Source of the DNA: a virus
Taxonomy: Duplodnaviria > Caudoviricetes
Length of the DNA: 38,329 nucleotides
Reading direction: 5' to 3' (one strand)
IMG/VR virus record: IMGVR_UViG_3300044723_002769
Span: 1 to 38,329 of that record
This document shows positions 9,360 through 18,150 of the stretch, piece by piece. The notes under the pieces are model-generated. The model made no database searches and was not told the DNA's origin. It saw only the letters and a list, made by a program, of their open reading frames with translations. Position 1 is the stretch's first letter. Each line of letters starts with the position of its first letter. A program made the translations under genes and the position numbers.

Positions 9360-10930
9360 TTTATTCCTCTCCTTTTTATATTTACAAATCTATTTTTGTT
9401 GTGTCTTATTTCTTCAAAATACTCCTTATTAGATTTGTAGTTCCTATATACTGTTGCAGGTGATGCATTGGTTACTAATCTCACTGTTTCTAATAGTACA
9501 GATTTATTTATCCACTCTCCTGTCTGTCCTTCTATGCTTACTGATTTTCCATTTTCTACTAACTTTTTATATTCCTTTGTAAATACATCTAACTTTTGTT
9601 TCTTGGCGGAAGATAGTCTTTCGGCTCTTAGGGCTGAATCTAACCACAATACAAGAGATTTATAACATTGTTGGGTTACATGAGATGCCTGTAAAACGTG
9701 TTTACTAGTTAGTTTAAACCTATCTTTCTTTGGTAATTTAGGTGCTTCTGCAATACAAGAAAGAACTGCTAGTCTAACCATACTTACTTGCATTCTAGTA
9801 ATGAAATTATTTGCTATCTCAATTACAGCAGGTCGGCTATCATGTACGAAATTTTGAAACTTAATGGTCTCGTTTGTTATTGTATCGTTTACACCTTTAG
9901 AAAAAGTAATTACTTTCTTTCTTCTGATTACTTCTGCTTCTCTAATTTGTTCCTCAGTCATACCGTCTTTTATTTCTAAAGGAACAGAATCATATTGTTC
10001 TTTAAGACATTCATAGATTTCTACGAAAGCATCACCGAACTTGTTGATTGGTGTTTGTGTATCTATAATTCTACCATAATCATTACTCAATGTTTCTCTT
10101 ACAGCATTCTGTTCACTTATAGGAACTTCTCTGATATAGATTAGACATCGTTGCAGTAGTCCGGTTTCTGCTATAACACTAGTTAGTGTTTTAGGAATAT
10201 AAGATGTAGCATAAATAGAACGTCTGCTATCGCAATACATTTCTCCACCTTCTGCTAATTGTTTTGTTATTCTATAATTTTGACCTGCTAGAGTATTCAT
10301 TAAAGTATTCAAATACATAACAACTTCTTGCTTGTGTTGTGTAGGTTTGAAAACACCCGAATATTCGAACTCATCATAAACACAAAGACCATCTCCCTCT
10401 AAACCACCAAACAATTGTTTAGGTACTTGTTCATAAGTAGTATTTCCATCATCATCAGTAATAGTTACATCTTCCATTTTCATTTTACCAATAAGTGCTG
10501 CATCTGTTGTGGATTTAACAGCATGAATAGAAAATCTATTATGTCTTTCACCTGCTGTTTCCGCTTCAACATTGTCTCTATGCCTACCATTAATAATATC
10601 AAAAACATACTGCGCTATTCTACCTGTAAAATTATACATTTCACTTTTACCTGAACCACTTGTTTGTAGCCAAATAATATGAACTCTAACATCTTCTGTA
10701 CCTCTTCCTTTTGGAACGTAAACCATTTCTTTACAAATCTGTCCTAATAGAGAATAGGCCGATAATATAGCGGGTACTCTATTGTTTCTAGATACTTCTA
10801 TTGCACTATCTGCATATTCTTCAACTATTTTTGGTAATCTCAGAGTGGTGTTTATTGTTTCATTAAACTGATTTCTCATTGCTTCTTCTAGTAGTTCATC
10901 TTCATTAAAATTATTATCAATATTTTTCAT
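9356..10930 (-). CDS. Divergent MCM-like AAA+ replicative helicase
   Basis: Walker A TSGSGKS, Walker B VYDEFE, STTDAALIG, LLQRC (Arg finger-like) and ITRMQVSMVRLA (MCM sensor II-like); lies next to the primase. Confidence 0.65.
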   Translation of the reverse strand: MKNIDNNFNEDELLEEAMRNQFNETINTTLRLPKIVEEYADSAIEVSRNNRVPAILSAYSLLGQICKEMVYVPKGRGTEDVRVHIIWLQTSGSGKSEMYNFTGRIAQYVFDIINGRHRDNVEAETAGERHNRFSIHAVKSTTDAALIGKMKMEDVTITDDDGNTTYEQVPKQLFGGLEGDGLCVYDEFEYSGVFKPTQHKQEVVMYLNTLMNTLAGQNYRITKQLAEGGEMYCDSRRSIYATSYIPKTLTSVIAETGLLQRCLIYIREVPISEQNAVRETLSNDYGRIIDTQTPINKFGDAFVEIYECLKEQYDSVPLEIKDGMTEEQIREAEVIRRKKVITFSKGVNDTITNETIKFQNFVHDSRPAVIEIANNFITRMQVSMVRLAVLSCIAEAPKLPKKDRFKLTSKHVLQASHVTQQCYKSLVLWLDSALRAERLSSAKKQKLDVFTKEYKKLVENGKSVSIEGQTGEWINKSVLLETVRLVTNASPATVYRNYKSNKEYFEEIRHNKNRFVNIKRRGIK

Positions 10931-10942
10931 TTTTCTTTCTCC

Positions 10943-11641
10943 TTATATTTGCATTTTCTCTTCTGAGTTTAATGTATCAACAATACGTTTTGCTAATACA
11001 TTACCGATACCATCTATTTCAGATAGTTCGGAAGGTGATGCCTCGCCAATTTCCATTATAGAACCAAACTTCTTTATCAAAAGTTTAGCCTTTTTATCAC
11101 TTACACCTTTAATTGTAGATAATACATCCACTCTTAAATCAGTAGTGCTAATTTTCTTTTGTTTTACAATTCTAGGAATATATACTTCTCTATCATGTGG
11201 TTGCATCTTACAAACAACTGCAATCAATTCTGCTGCTATTAATGCATCTCTAACCCAAATAATACTACAATCGGTATCTAATATTATTTTACCCATTGAA
11301 CCAAAGAATTTTTTTCTAAGAATAACTCTTTGTGCTGTTTTATTCATGCTAGTTTTTATGTGTTCTAAATGCTTACGAAAACCATCTTCAAATGAACCAT
11401 AAACAATAACTAAATTATTTACATATGCTCTATCCATATTATCTAATTGATTCCACAATCTTTTATTTACAATAGATTGAATAAAATCAAAAGAAGATTT
11501 GGCCTCGAAACAAACGTCATTGAAAACATAGTCGCCAATTTCTAACCATTGCTTTTCAAATGGTACGTTTAGACTTTGGGCTTTTTCTATTACTCTCTCT
11601 GTAAGTTCCGAGTTTTCTCTGCTATCTATTATTAGTTTCAT
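10943..11641 (-). CDS. ERCC4/XPF-family structure-specific nuclease with HhH domain
   Basis: IDSRE, GDY, EAKS..DF..SI...RL..QL and C-terminal HhH (IKGVS, IDGIG); start placed at MKLIIDSRE (ATGA overlap). Confidence 0.9.
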   Translation of the reverse strand: MKLIIDSRENSELTERVIEKAQSLNVPFEKQWLEIGDYVFNDVCFEAKSSFDFIQSIVNKRLWNQLDNMDRAYVNNLVIVYGSFEDGFRKHLEHIKTSMNKTAQRVILRKKFFGSMGKIILDTDCSIIWVRDALIAAELIAVVCKMQPHDREVYIPRIVKQKKISTTDLRVDVLSTIKGVSDKKAKLLIKKFGSIMEIGEASPSELSEIDGIGNVLAKRIVDTLNSEEKMQI

Positions 11642-12639
11642 TCGTGATACCTCCAACATTTTCCTACACAATATCCTTGCGTAATTAGAGTTTCACAACC
11701 TGCTGCATGATAACCCTTAGATACAATTCCACTAACATATTTCTTAGTCTTATTGTAATCCCAATCTAACCAAACTTCGGGATGACCCGCTATTGTAGCC
11801 AACTCAGTCATAATCAAATCAGTTACTTCTTTTTGCTGTTCCAAAGAAACCTTCCTTTCACCTAATGTAAGTAAATCCCTGTACCATTGAACCAAGTAAA
11901 CTCTAGCATAATGACTAGGATTCTCAACCATAATTGCATTGTGCATACAGGGTATAATTGGTAAAGTACCGATAGGTTTGGGTATCTCTATTTCAATATC
12001 AGATAGGTGAATTGGTTTCACGGTAGGAAATACAATTCTTTCAGTTCCCGTAGTTATCATAGGATTCCTTTGTTTAGCCATAACTAAAATATCATACATA
12101 GAAACACCTTCTAATGAGGCAAAATCTAAAGGCGAACAATAATAATGATTACCTTCTTTACCACTACTTAGATTCAAAGTGTTTGGTACTCTTCTTAACC
12201 TATTAGTTTGAATACCTGTTCTATCAAGAGTAGGGTGTTCTTTAGCCAATTCGGTATAATATTGTTGAATGCATCTGATATCATTAACTCTCTCACCATA
12301 TGCAATTATATGAAAACCCTTTCCACTAAAGAAGGATTTAAACATGATATTTAGGGAGCATAGTTTCTTACCGACACTCATAAAGTCTCTATGTGCATTT
12401 TCTAAAGGTTCTCCGTGTGCATCAAAATCAAGAAACATCCTGTCAAGAACAACGGAAGAATCTATTTTGGTATTGTCATTCACAACTTCAAAATCATAAA
12501 CTGTTGTATAACAATTCATTCTTCCATTGTAAATATTAACCCAATCAATAAACTCTTTCTTATTCTTCACTATCTTTCTTTTCATCTGTGGTGCGTTCTT
12601 TAAGTGGCTTCCCGCCCAAACTTCCCTCGGAAACATCAT
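11638..12639 (-). CDS. Archaeo-eukaryotic primase, PriS-PriL fusion
   Basis: AEP motifs FLDFD, SGKGFH, RLRRVPNT; C-terminal PriL-like Fe-S Cys pattern PCM...C..L...GYC...C. Confidence 0.85.
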   Translation of the reverse strand: MMFPREVWAGSHLKNAPQMKRKIVKNKKEFIDWVNIYNGRMNCYTTVYDFEVVNDNTKIDSSVVLDRMFLDFDAHGEPLENAHRDFMSVGKKLCSLNIMFKSFFSGKGFHIIAYGERVNDIRCIQQYYTELAKEHPTLDRTGIQTNRLRRVPNTLNLSSGKEGNHYYCSPLDFASLEGVSMYDILVMAKQRNPMITTGTERIVFPTVKPIHLSDIEIEIPKPIGTLPIIPCMHNAIMVENPSHYARVYLVQWYRDLLTLGERKVSLEQQKEVTDLIMTELATIAGHPEVWLDWDYNKTKKYVSGIVSKGYHAAGCETLITQGYCVGKCWRYHE

Positions 12640-12967
12640 TGTTTTCTTCCTCCTTATTTTTATTATTGCTAAAGTTTACATTTGCATTTATTAATTGTTC
12701 TTGTAAAATACTTGCTACTTGTAATTGTATTTCTTCTGTTACTAGAGTTTGAAAGAACGCTCCAAATGTTGTGATTTTACCATTTTTGTAGTCCTCATAT
12801 AAGTTTAGTTCAAAACCAGTATTGCCCCATACAAGTTCTAGTTTTTCTTTAGAATCTAAACTCCCGTATATCTCATCCGAGAAGTTTCTTACTAACTGGT
12901 TCATATTAGTTAAATCTGCAAACGTCCATTCTCTAGAACTTAATATTTCTTCAACTTTATCTTTCAT
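12560..12967 (-). CDS. Hypothetical protein
   Basis: 135-aa ORF in the operon. Confidence 0.6.
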   Translation of the reverse strand: MKDKVEEILSSREWTFADLTNMNQLVRNFSDEIYGSLDSKEKLELVWGNTGFELNLYEDYKNGKITTFGAFFQTLVTEEIQLQVASILQEQLINANVNFSNNKNKEEENNDVSEGSLGGKPLKERTTDEKKDSEE

Positions 12968-13308
12968 TTTAATACCGCCTTCATTCTTTCGTATTCCTTT
13001 CTAAAGTTCTCTGTTGTATCTGTAATATCTACTGTTCCATTGAAAACTGTTCCATCAGGGTCAAAGTCTGTTAAATGTTCCCCGACAAGATACCATTCTT
13101 CAAACATCTTTGCCAACTCTTTATCTTCTTGAAAGAACTTACAATAACTAATACAACCTTCATATCCACCCCAATAGTGTTTATTCATGTGTTCACAAAT
13201 ATCAATCATACTACTTGCACTTACATTTCCATTTGTTACTGCATCTATTATTTGGCTGTGAGTTAAATAACCCAACATATATACCACTTCATTTTTATTC
13301 ATTTTCAT
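12964..13308 (-). CDS. Hypothetical protein
   Basis: 114-aa ORF with ATGA overlaps. Confidence 0.6.
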   Translation of the reverse strand: MKMNKNEVVYMLGYLTHSQIIDAVTNGNVSASSMIDICEHMNKHYWGGYEGCISYCKFFQEDKELAKMFEEWYLVGEHLTDFDPDGTVFNGTVDITDTTENFRKEYERMKAVLK

Positions 13309-13364
13309 TTTTTATGCCTCTCTTTGTATTCTTTCTTTCTTCTAAAATATTCTTTCCACTTCAT
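13305..13364 (-). CDS. Basic micro-ORF (19 aa, MKWKEYFRRKKEYKERHKK)
   Basis: ATGA overlaps at both ends. Confidence 0.4.
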   Translation of the reverse strand: MKWKEYFRRKKEYKERHKK

Positions 13365-13420
13365 TTTTTCCACCTTTTAATTACTGTTGATACCTTACCA
13401 ATGAAAAATATTAATTTCAT
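13361..13420 (-). CDS. Micro-ORF (19 aa, MKLIFFIGKVSTVIKRWKK)
   Basis: Fills the gap; ATGA-coupled to the next ORF. Confidence 0.35.
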   Translation of the reverse strand: MKLIFFIGKVSTVIKRWKK

Positions 13421-13427
13421 TCCCCAA

Positions 13428-13625
13428 CTATTCTTCATAATTTTCATCCTCTAACATTATCAACTTCTGCAAATATATTGCTAAATCTAGAGCCTCTTCT
13501 TGAGCATGAATTAGCCATGCCTTTCTCGTCAAATCAACTCTTTCCATTGTTGTATTATACTTACGTTCACCAATTTCTGCTCTTGCTTCTATTTTTTTAA
13601 TTACTATATCTTCTATCTTACTCAT
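13428..13625 (-). CDS. Small all-alpha viral protein, possibly MazG-like
   Basis: R...G..KY...WL.HAQEEALD..IY with an EExxD acidic motif. Confidence 0.5.
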   Translation of the reverse strand: MSKIEDIVIKKIEARAEIGERKYNTTMERVDLTRKAWLIHAQEEALDLAIYLQKLIMLEDENYEE

Positions 13626-13890
13626 TTACATCCAACTCTCTTACTATTACTACTGCCCTATTTCTTTCCATTTCATATATAGACCACATTGCTATTTCTG
13701 CATCGGACATATGTTTTTTATAATGTTCATCATTACAATCTCCACACCAATCTTTGTCTTCTTTGATTGCTAATTTAGGATGAGAATAATGTTTCTTACC
13801 GCAGTTTTCACAAAATCCATATGGGTCATTATCATTAACTACTAATGCTAGAACCCTAATACCATTATGATAAATCCATTTAACTTCCAT
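13618..13890 (-). CDS. Zn-finger protein
   Basis: CENC...CGDC. Confidence 0.6.
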   Translation of the reverse strand: MEVKWIYHNGIRVLALVVNDNDPYGFCENCGKKHYSHPKLAIKEDKDWCGDCNDEHYKKHMSDAEIAMWSIYEMERNRAVVIVRELDVNE

Positions 13891-14119
13891 TAATTTTATT
13901 CCCCCTTTTAGATAAATATTGTTTTATTGTTGAAACATTTGCTATAAACTCTTGACCTACTTGCATTGTTGGTACAGATTTAATCTCAAATGGGGCTACA
14001 TCTTTTTCTATGTCCTTGTAAACTACAAAAGGAAAATGTACATCAGTCCAATTTTTTAGACCTTTACATGGCGCACACCAAGTAGCAGTCCAAATAATAA
14101 TTTCAGCCATTATAACCAC
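13880..14119 (-). CDS. Thioredoxin/glutaredoxin-like protein
   Basis: WCAPC active site and cis-Pro motif SVPT. Confidence 0.85.
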   Translation of the reverse strand: MVIMAEIIIWTATWCAPCKGLKNWTDVHFPFVVYKDIEKDVAPFEIKSVPTMQVGQEFIANVSTIKQYLSKRGNKINGS

Positions 14120-15006
14120 CCCTCGTCTGCTCCACCATCACAAATATCTAAGTAACTACAATATGAACAAGTTCTAGCATTGTATTTTGTTGGGAATGAA
14201 TTATCCTCATAAGCCTTAATTAATTTCACTATACTTCTCATAAGTGCTTTATGGCTACTTTTCTTCTGTTCTTCTACATAGATATGATTTGAAGCAGGGT
14301 ATCTCCAACCCCAATGTGTTACTTGTTTATCTCGATTAAGACCTATTGCTTCTAACTGTTCAATAGGACAATTATCAAATAATAATTTATAATAGGCCAT
14401 TTCTTTTCTCATCATAGTTTTCTTATACTCTTTCCATACTCCTGTCTTTAACTCCATTGGAATGTAGCCGTTTTTATCTACAAACATTCTATCTATTATT
14501 CCTTGAAGATGAATAACATAATCTCTCTTTAAGGGTAATTTAGGATAGTCTGCTCTATTGATTGTTATTTCAGCATCTAAAGTAATTTCATTAATTACAG
14601 GTAAGAACTCTTCTAATGTACCGTCTTCTTTAGCAACCATAAAACGTTGTGCTTCGTTAATAGACAAAGTTTCATACATTTCAGACATATTATCAATAGG
14701 GAATAAACTAAACATATATTCAGTTACTTCTTTACTATCCATAGTTTCAGCCTTTTTAATATCAAAAACATTGTAGAACTCTTCTAATGCATTGTGAACT
14801 ATTGTTCCGTTGTGCATTGCTTCCGTTGTGTCTTGTGGTTTTCTGTCTATATATCCAAACTCATATTTTTTAGGACACCAATCAAACTGCCCCACCGAAG
14901 ATTTAGTTATCTTTAATATAGGCTTATCTGTGTCTTCTTCTTTCCATTCTGCATTCCATTGATAGGTAAAATTCCTATCAAACCCTTCTTTATTTTGTAT
15001 TTTCAT
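14110..15006 (-). CDS. Cas4-like PD-(D/E)XK exonuclease with Fe-S cysteines
   Basis: WCPKKY, GTIVHNALE, GIIDR, ELKTG, CSYCSYLDIC. Confidence 0.85.
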   Translation of the reverse strand: MKIQNKEGFDRNFTYQWNAEWKEEDTDKPILKITKSSVGQFDWCPKKYEFGYIDRKPQDTTEAMHNGTIVHNALEEFYNVFDIKKAETMDSKEVTEYMFSLFPIDNMSEMYETLSINEAQRFMVAKEDGTLEEFLPVINEITLDAEITINRADYPKLPLKRDYVIHLQGIIDRMFVDKNGYIPMELKTGVWKEYKKTMMRKEMAYYKLLFDNCPIEQLEAIGLNRDKQVTHWGWRYPASNHIYVEEQKKSSHKALMRSIVKLIKAYEDNSFPTKYNARTCSYCSYLDICDGGADEGWL

Positions 15007-15410
15007 TATTCATCATTCTCCGTATCAAACTTAAACTTTAATTCTGTTATTAAAGTTTCCAAACAATCTTCACAATCACAATCCCTACCGTGTAAAACTC
15101 TCGTTTTATTTTTTGGTGCGTAGGTAGTAATGAAAGATTCAGGTGGTTTTTCTATTAGTTTAATTTCACCCTTATTTACTGTTAATCCTATGTATTCTTT
15201 TGAATCAAAGAACATAGTTTCTTTTTTATTTTTATCTATTTTTAGTTTTTTAACTTTCTGTTTTCTATTTTTGTTGAAGAAGTTCTTAATTTTATTATAA
15301 TCACTAATAACTTCCCCTTTAACAAACACACACCAATTTATTATTTTAGCATATTTGATTTTCCATCTTTCTATTCTTCTTTCCATAGACCAAGATAATC
15401 TCAAAACCAT
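15006..15410 (-). CDS. Hypothetical basic protein with HxxxCxCxxC motif
   Basis: 134-aa ORF; HGRDCDCEDC. Confidence 0.55.
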   Translation of the reverse strand: MVLRLSWSMERRIERWKIKYAKIINWCVFVKGEVISDYNKIKNFFNKNRKQKVKKLKIDKNKKETMFFDSKEYIGLTVNKGEIKLIEKPPESFITTYAPKNKTRVLHGRDCDCEDCLETLITELKFKFDTENDE

Positions 15411-16327
15411 TCCCCCAACTCTTGATTTCTACTTTTGGTAATATTATCTATATTCCAACCCATTGCATTGTAGATGGGTTCTGCCTTGCTAACTACTTGA
15501 TAAGCATAATGTAAATAATCGGGAGTAAAATGTTCTAACTCAGATTCATTCTTAACTGAAACCCAAGAAGGAATAGTATCTTCTTGAGTCAATGGGTGAA
15601 TATAAGAAACAGTATTACCTTTTATTTTAATGTAAATATAAGAATCTTCTATTGGTGATTCATTGAAATGGTTGTAATACAATACTCCCTCTATACCCGA
15701 ACCAATTGTGGGTTTCTTATCTTGTAGAGTTCTAAGATTAGGTTTATTACAACACTTCCACTTATCACTAGAAAAATTACTACGGTGTTCTGCAATATTC
15801 TCAATGATTTCTGATAGTGAGAAAACCTTTCCCCATTTCATTTTTTTACATTCTCCCATACATTTCACCTTGAATCTCTCTTCACGATACCTAGTTCTAT
15901 TAGTAAGCATAGATAATTCTATATCTCCCGATAAAACCTTATTGAATAAATCGTGTAAGTAATTAGTAATAGTTTCTTCACTATTACCATCAACCCACAT
16001 TCTCAGAACCTTTAGTTGAGTTTCTTTTGCTAATTTAGTTTGTGCAACTCTCTTTGCAGAAAAACCTGTAAGAACAAACTCATCTTCTTCGAGGTATTCT
16101 CCATCCTTCCAAGAAATCAAACCTGCATTTCTGTTCTTAGTTGCACCAACACCTAAAGATTTGTAATATTTTTCAAACTCTAAAGTAACAGGGTGTTCAT
16201 CTAAACCTAATAAATTAGGAAAAGATTTCCTAACATGGTCGTTAATTTCACTACAAACTTTCTTTGCTTTTTCTATATCATCACATTGTACATAAATTGA
16301 ATCAGTGTGTCCGTAAACAACCTTCAT
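15401..16327 (-). CDS. polB: Family B DNA polymerase, C-terminal part (motif C and thumb)
   Basis: Starts MKVVYGHTDS; LEFEKYY; PIP-like end NQELGEWF. The first 30 aa of the ORF-track call are probably not translated. Confidence 0.88.
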   Translation of the reverse strand: MKVVYGHTDSIYVQCDDIEKAKKVCSEINDHVRKSFPNLLGLDEHPVTLEFEKYYKSLGVGATKNRNAGLISWKDGEYLEEDEFVLTGFSAKRVAQTKLAKETQLKVLRMWVDGNSEETITNYLHDLFNKVLSGDIELSMLTNRTRYREERFKVKCMGECKKMKWGKVFSLSEIIENIAEHRSNFSSDKWKCCNKPNLRTLQDKKPTIGSGIEGVLYYNHFNESPIEDSYIYIKIKGNTVSYIHPLTQEDTIPSWVSVKNESELEHFTPDYLHYAYQVVSKAEPIYNAMGWNIDNITKSRNQELGEWF

Positions 16328-16446
16328 GTTATCATCCCCGCTACTATAACAGCAACAATGATGACACTTACTAAAATAAACGCTGTCGCAAGTCCGATTT
16401 GTAACACTAACAAACATTGTCCTAATTTCATATATCTTTTACTCAT
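16324..16446 (-). CDS. 40-aa hydrophobic membrane peptide inserted between the PolB halves
   Basis: MSKRYMKLGQCLLVLQIGLATAFILVSVIIVAVIVAGMIT; TAATG overlap upstream and ATGA overlap downstream. Confidence 0.6.
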   Translation of the reverse strand: MSKRYMKLGQCLLVLQIGLATAFILVSVIIVAVIVAGMIT

Positions 16447-18146
16447 TATAATTCCCTCGCTTTAAATGCGGCTAATCTAATAGCCTCTCTAGCACTAGCA
16501 GTAATACTAGCGGCTAGGTCTATATCAGCCCAACCAAATCCTTGATAGGCTGTAATACCATAAAATGATGCCATCAATCTCTTGACCGCCATTTGATTAT
16601 TATTCCACTTAATCTTATCATCTTTGGTTGTTGATTCTTTCATATTCTTTTTGTATTCGTTTCTTAATGCTTTAAGTTCAATAAGAGACTTAGGTAATAA
16701 TCCTAACTTATCTGTATTGTAATACAACATCTTCTCTTCCTTAACTTCACTAAAATCTCTAGGTATTGCTAGATTAACTGCAAACTCAGTAGGACTTTTA
16801 GATTTAGACTCCCATGATATATTTCTTGAAATAATCATTGAAGGGTATAGACCTGCAAAATCAAATGCTGCTACGTTATCATATCTACCATTAGTACCTT
16901 CTGTTAATGGATTGTATATCATTGCTCCATCATAGTTAACCTTCTCACCTTTCTTACCTGTTGGTGCTTTCCAATTAGCATTACGCATAAAATATATTCC
17001 TCCCATATTACTTGCATAGAAGCAAGCATCAAAAGGAGCAACTAGTAATTTTTGTAACGCTAAAACTGAATCAATACAATGGTTTTCATCATCTATTCTT
17101 TTGATTAACTCAACATCTTTTATTGCATATTCTAAATATGTTTCAGTGTCCTCTAACCAACCTCTAGCAAAGAACTCATTTTTATCGGGAAACCTTTCAC
17201 TAACTAATTTCTTATCTCCTAAAATAGTTTCAGAAATATAATCTAAAGCCATAGAAGGTAATGTTCCTCTTTGTGAATCGTTCCATTGTCTTTCAAAGAC
17301 TAAATCCAATGCTACTGTAATTACTCCCTTAATTGGTTGTGTTATAGGAGAAGAACTATTTACTTGTTTAGGATATATCTTAACTTTGTTATCCTTCCAA
17401 GAAACTCCCCTTACTTCATTAAAGGGAGATAACATTCTTGAATCAATATTGTAAATACTATTTCTCTCTATTAGTTTAGGTAAGTCGAATTTCCAACCGA
17501 ACCATGAGATTAACATATCCGGTCTCGTTTGAATAAAATATGTTAAGAAGTTGTCAAGCATAGATTCTTCTGACTTGAATATTTTTAAGTTATAATTCCT
17601 TCTTAATTTGTAAAGGAACTCCATACTAAGTTTTTGTTCTAAGTTAGGAAACCAAGCGAATACACTATACTCATCATCATAACTATCGTATATTACTATA
17701 CAAGTAATCTTGCCATCATGTTCTCCGCCTTGCATCCATTCCATATCCCAAAAACACTTACGCATTTTATAATCGGGAATAGAACTTAACTCATCAACAG
17801 CATACCGATAATGATGTGGTATATCTGCTTCGTAAGTGTCAACACCTAATTCTTCTAACTTCTCTCTAATCTGATACCTAAGACTAGGAGATTTAGTACC
17901 CCAAGAAACCTTCACCAAAGATTCACCTTCAAGAGATACCCAATCTCCTAATTCGTAAGTTAAGTCAACCCGAAACTTACCTCTTGTATTATTATCTTTA
18001 ACTAACAAATTATTGTGTCTAGTTGACGTAGCCTTAATGAAAAAGTAATGTTTGAAGTCTTTCAAAGAAACAGTTTCTTGTAGTCTGTTATTATTTTCAT
18101 CTCTCCAAACTAATCCTATTCCATTTTTTATCTCATTAATTATCAG
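16446..18146 (-). CDS. polB: Family B DNA polymerase, N-terminal part (exonuclease plus motifs A and B)
   Basis: ExoI WDMEW, ExoII KFD, ExoIII YAIKD, motif A DFAGLYPS, motif B KRLMASFYG. Start uncertain: CTG at 18146 with a GGAG SD, or TTG at 18065. Confidence 0.9.
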   Translation of the reverse strand: MIINEIKNGIGLVWRDENNNRLQETVSLKDFKHYFFIKATSTRHNNLLVKDNNTRGKFRVDLTYELGDWVSLEGESLVKVSWGTKSPSLRYQIREKLEELGVDTYEADIPHHYRYAVDELSSIPDYKMRKCFWDMEWMQGGEHDGKITCIVIYDSYDDEYSVFAWFPNLEQKLSMEFLYKLRRNYNLKIFKSEESMLDNFLTYFIQTRPDMLISWFGWKFDLPKLIERNSIYNIDSRMLSPFNEVRGVSWKDNKVKIYPKQVNSSSPITQPIKGVITVALDLVFERQWNDSQRGTLPSMALDYISETILGDKKLVSERFPDKNEFFARGWLEDTETYLEYAIKDVELIKRIDDENHCIDSVLALQKLLVAPFDACFYASNMGGIYFMRNANWKAPTGKKGEKVNYDGAMIYNPLTEGTNGRYDNVAAFDFAGLYPSMIISRNISWESKSKSPTEFAVNLAIPRDFSEVKEEKMLYYNTDKLGLLPKSLIELKALRNEYKKNMKESTTKDDKIKWNNNQMAVKRLMASFYGITAYQGFGWADIDLAASITASAREAIRLAAFKAREL

Positions 18147-18150
18147 ACGC

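Noticed and set aside
14110-15006. Cas4-like nuclease as evidence of CRISPR-Cas
   Set aside because: No array or other cas genes; solo Cas4-like nucleases are common in viral replication modules
16328-16417. Cys/His-rich N-terminus (CHHCCC) of the PolB C-half in the ORF track
   Set aside because: An alternative-frame reading of the hydrophobic micro-ORF; the real start is most likely the ATG at 16327
16328-16445. Intein or group I intron in polB
   Set aside because: Too short; no intein terminal residues or group I core elements; the gap is fully explained by a coupled micro-ORF
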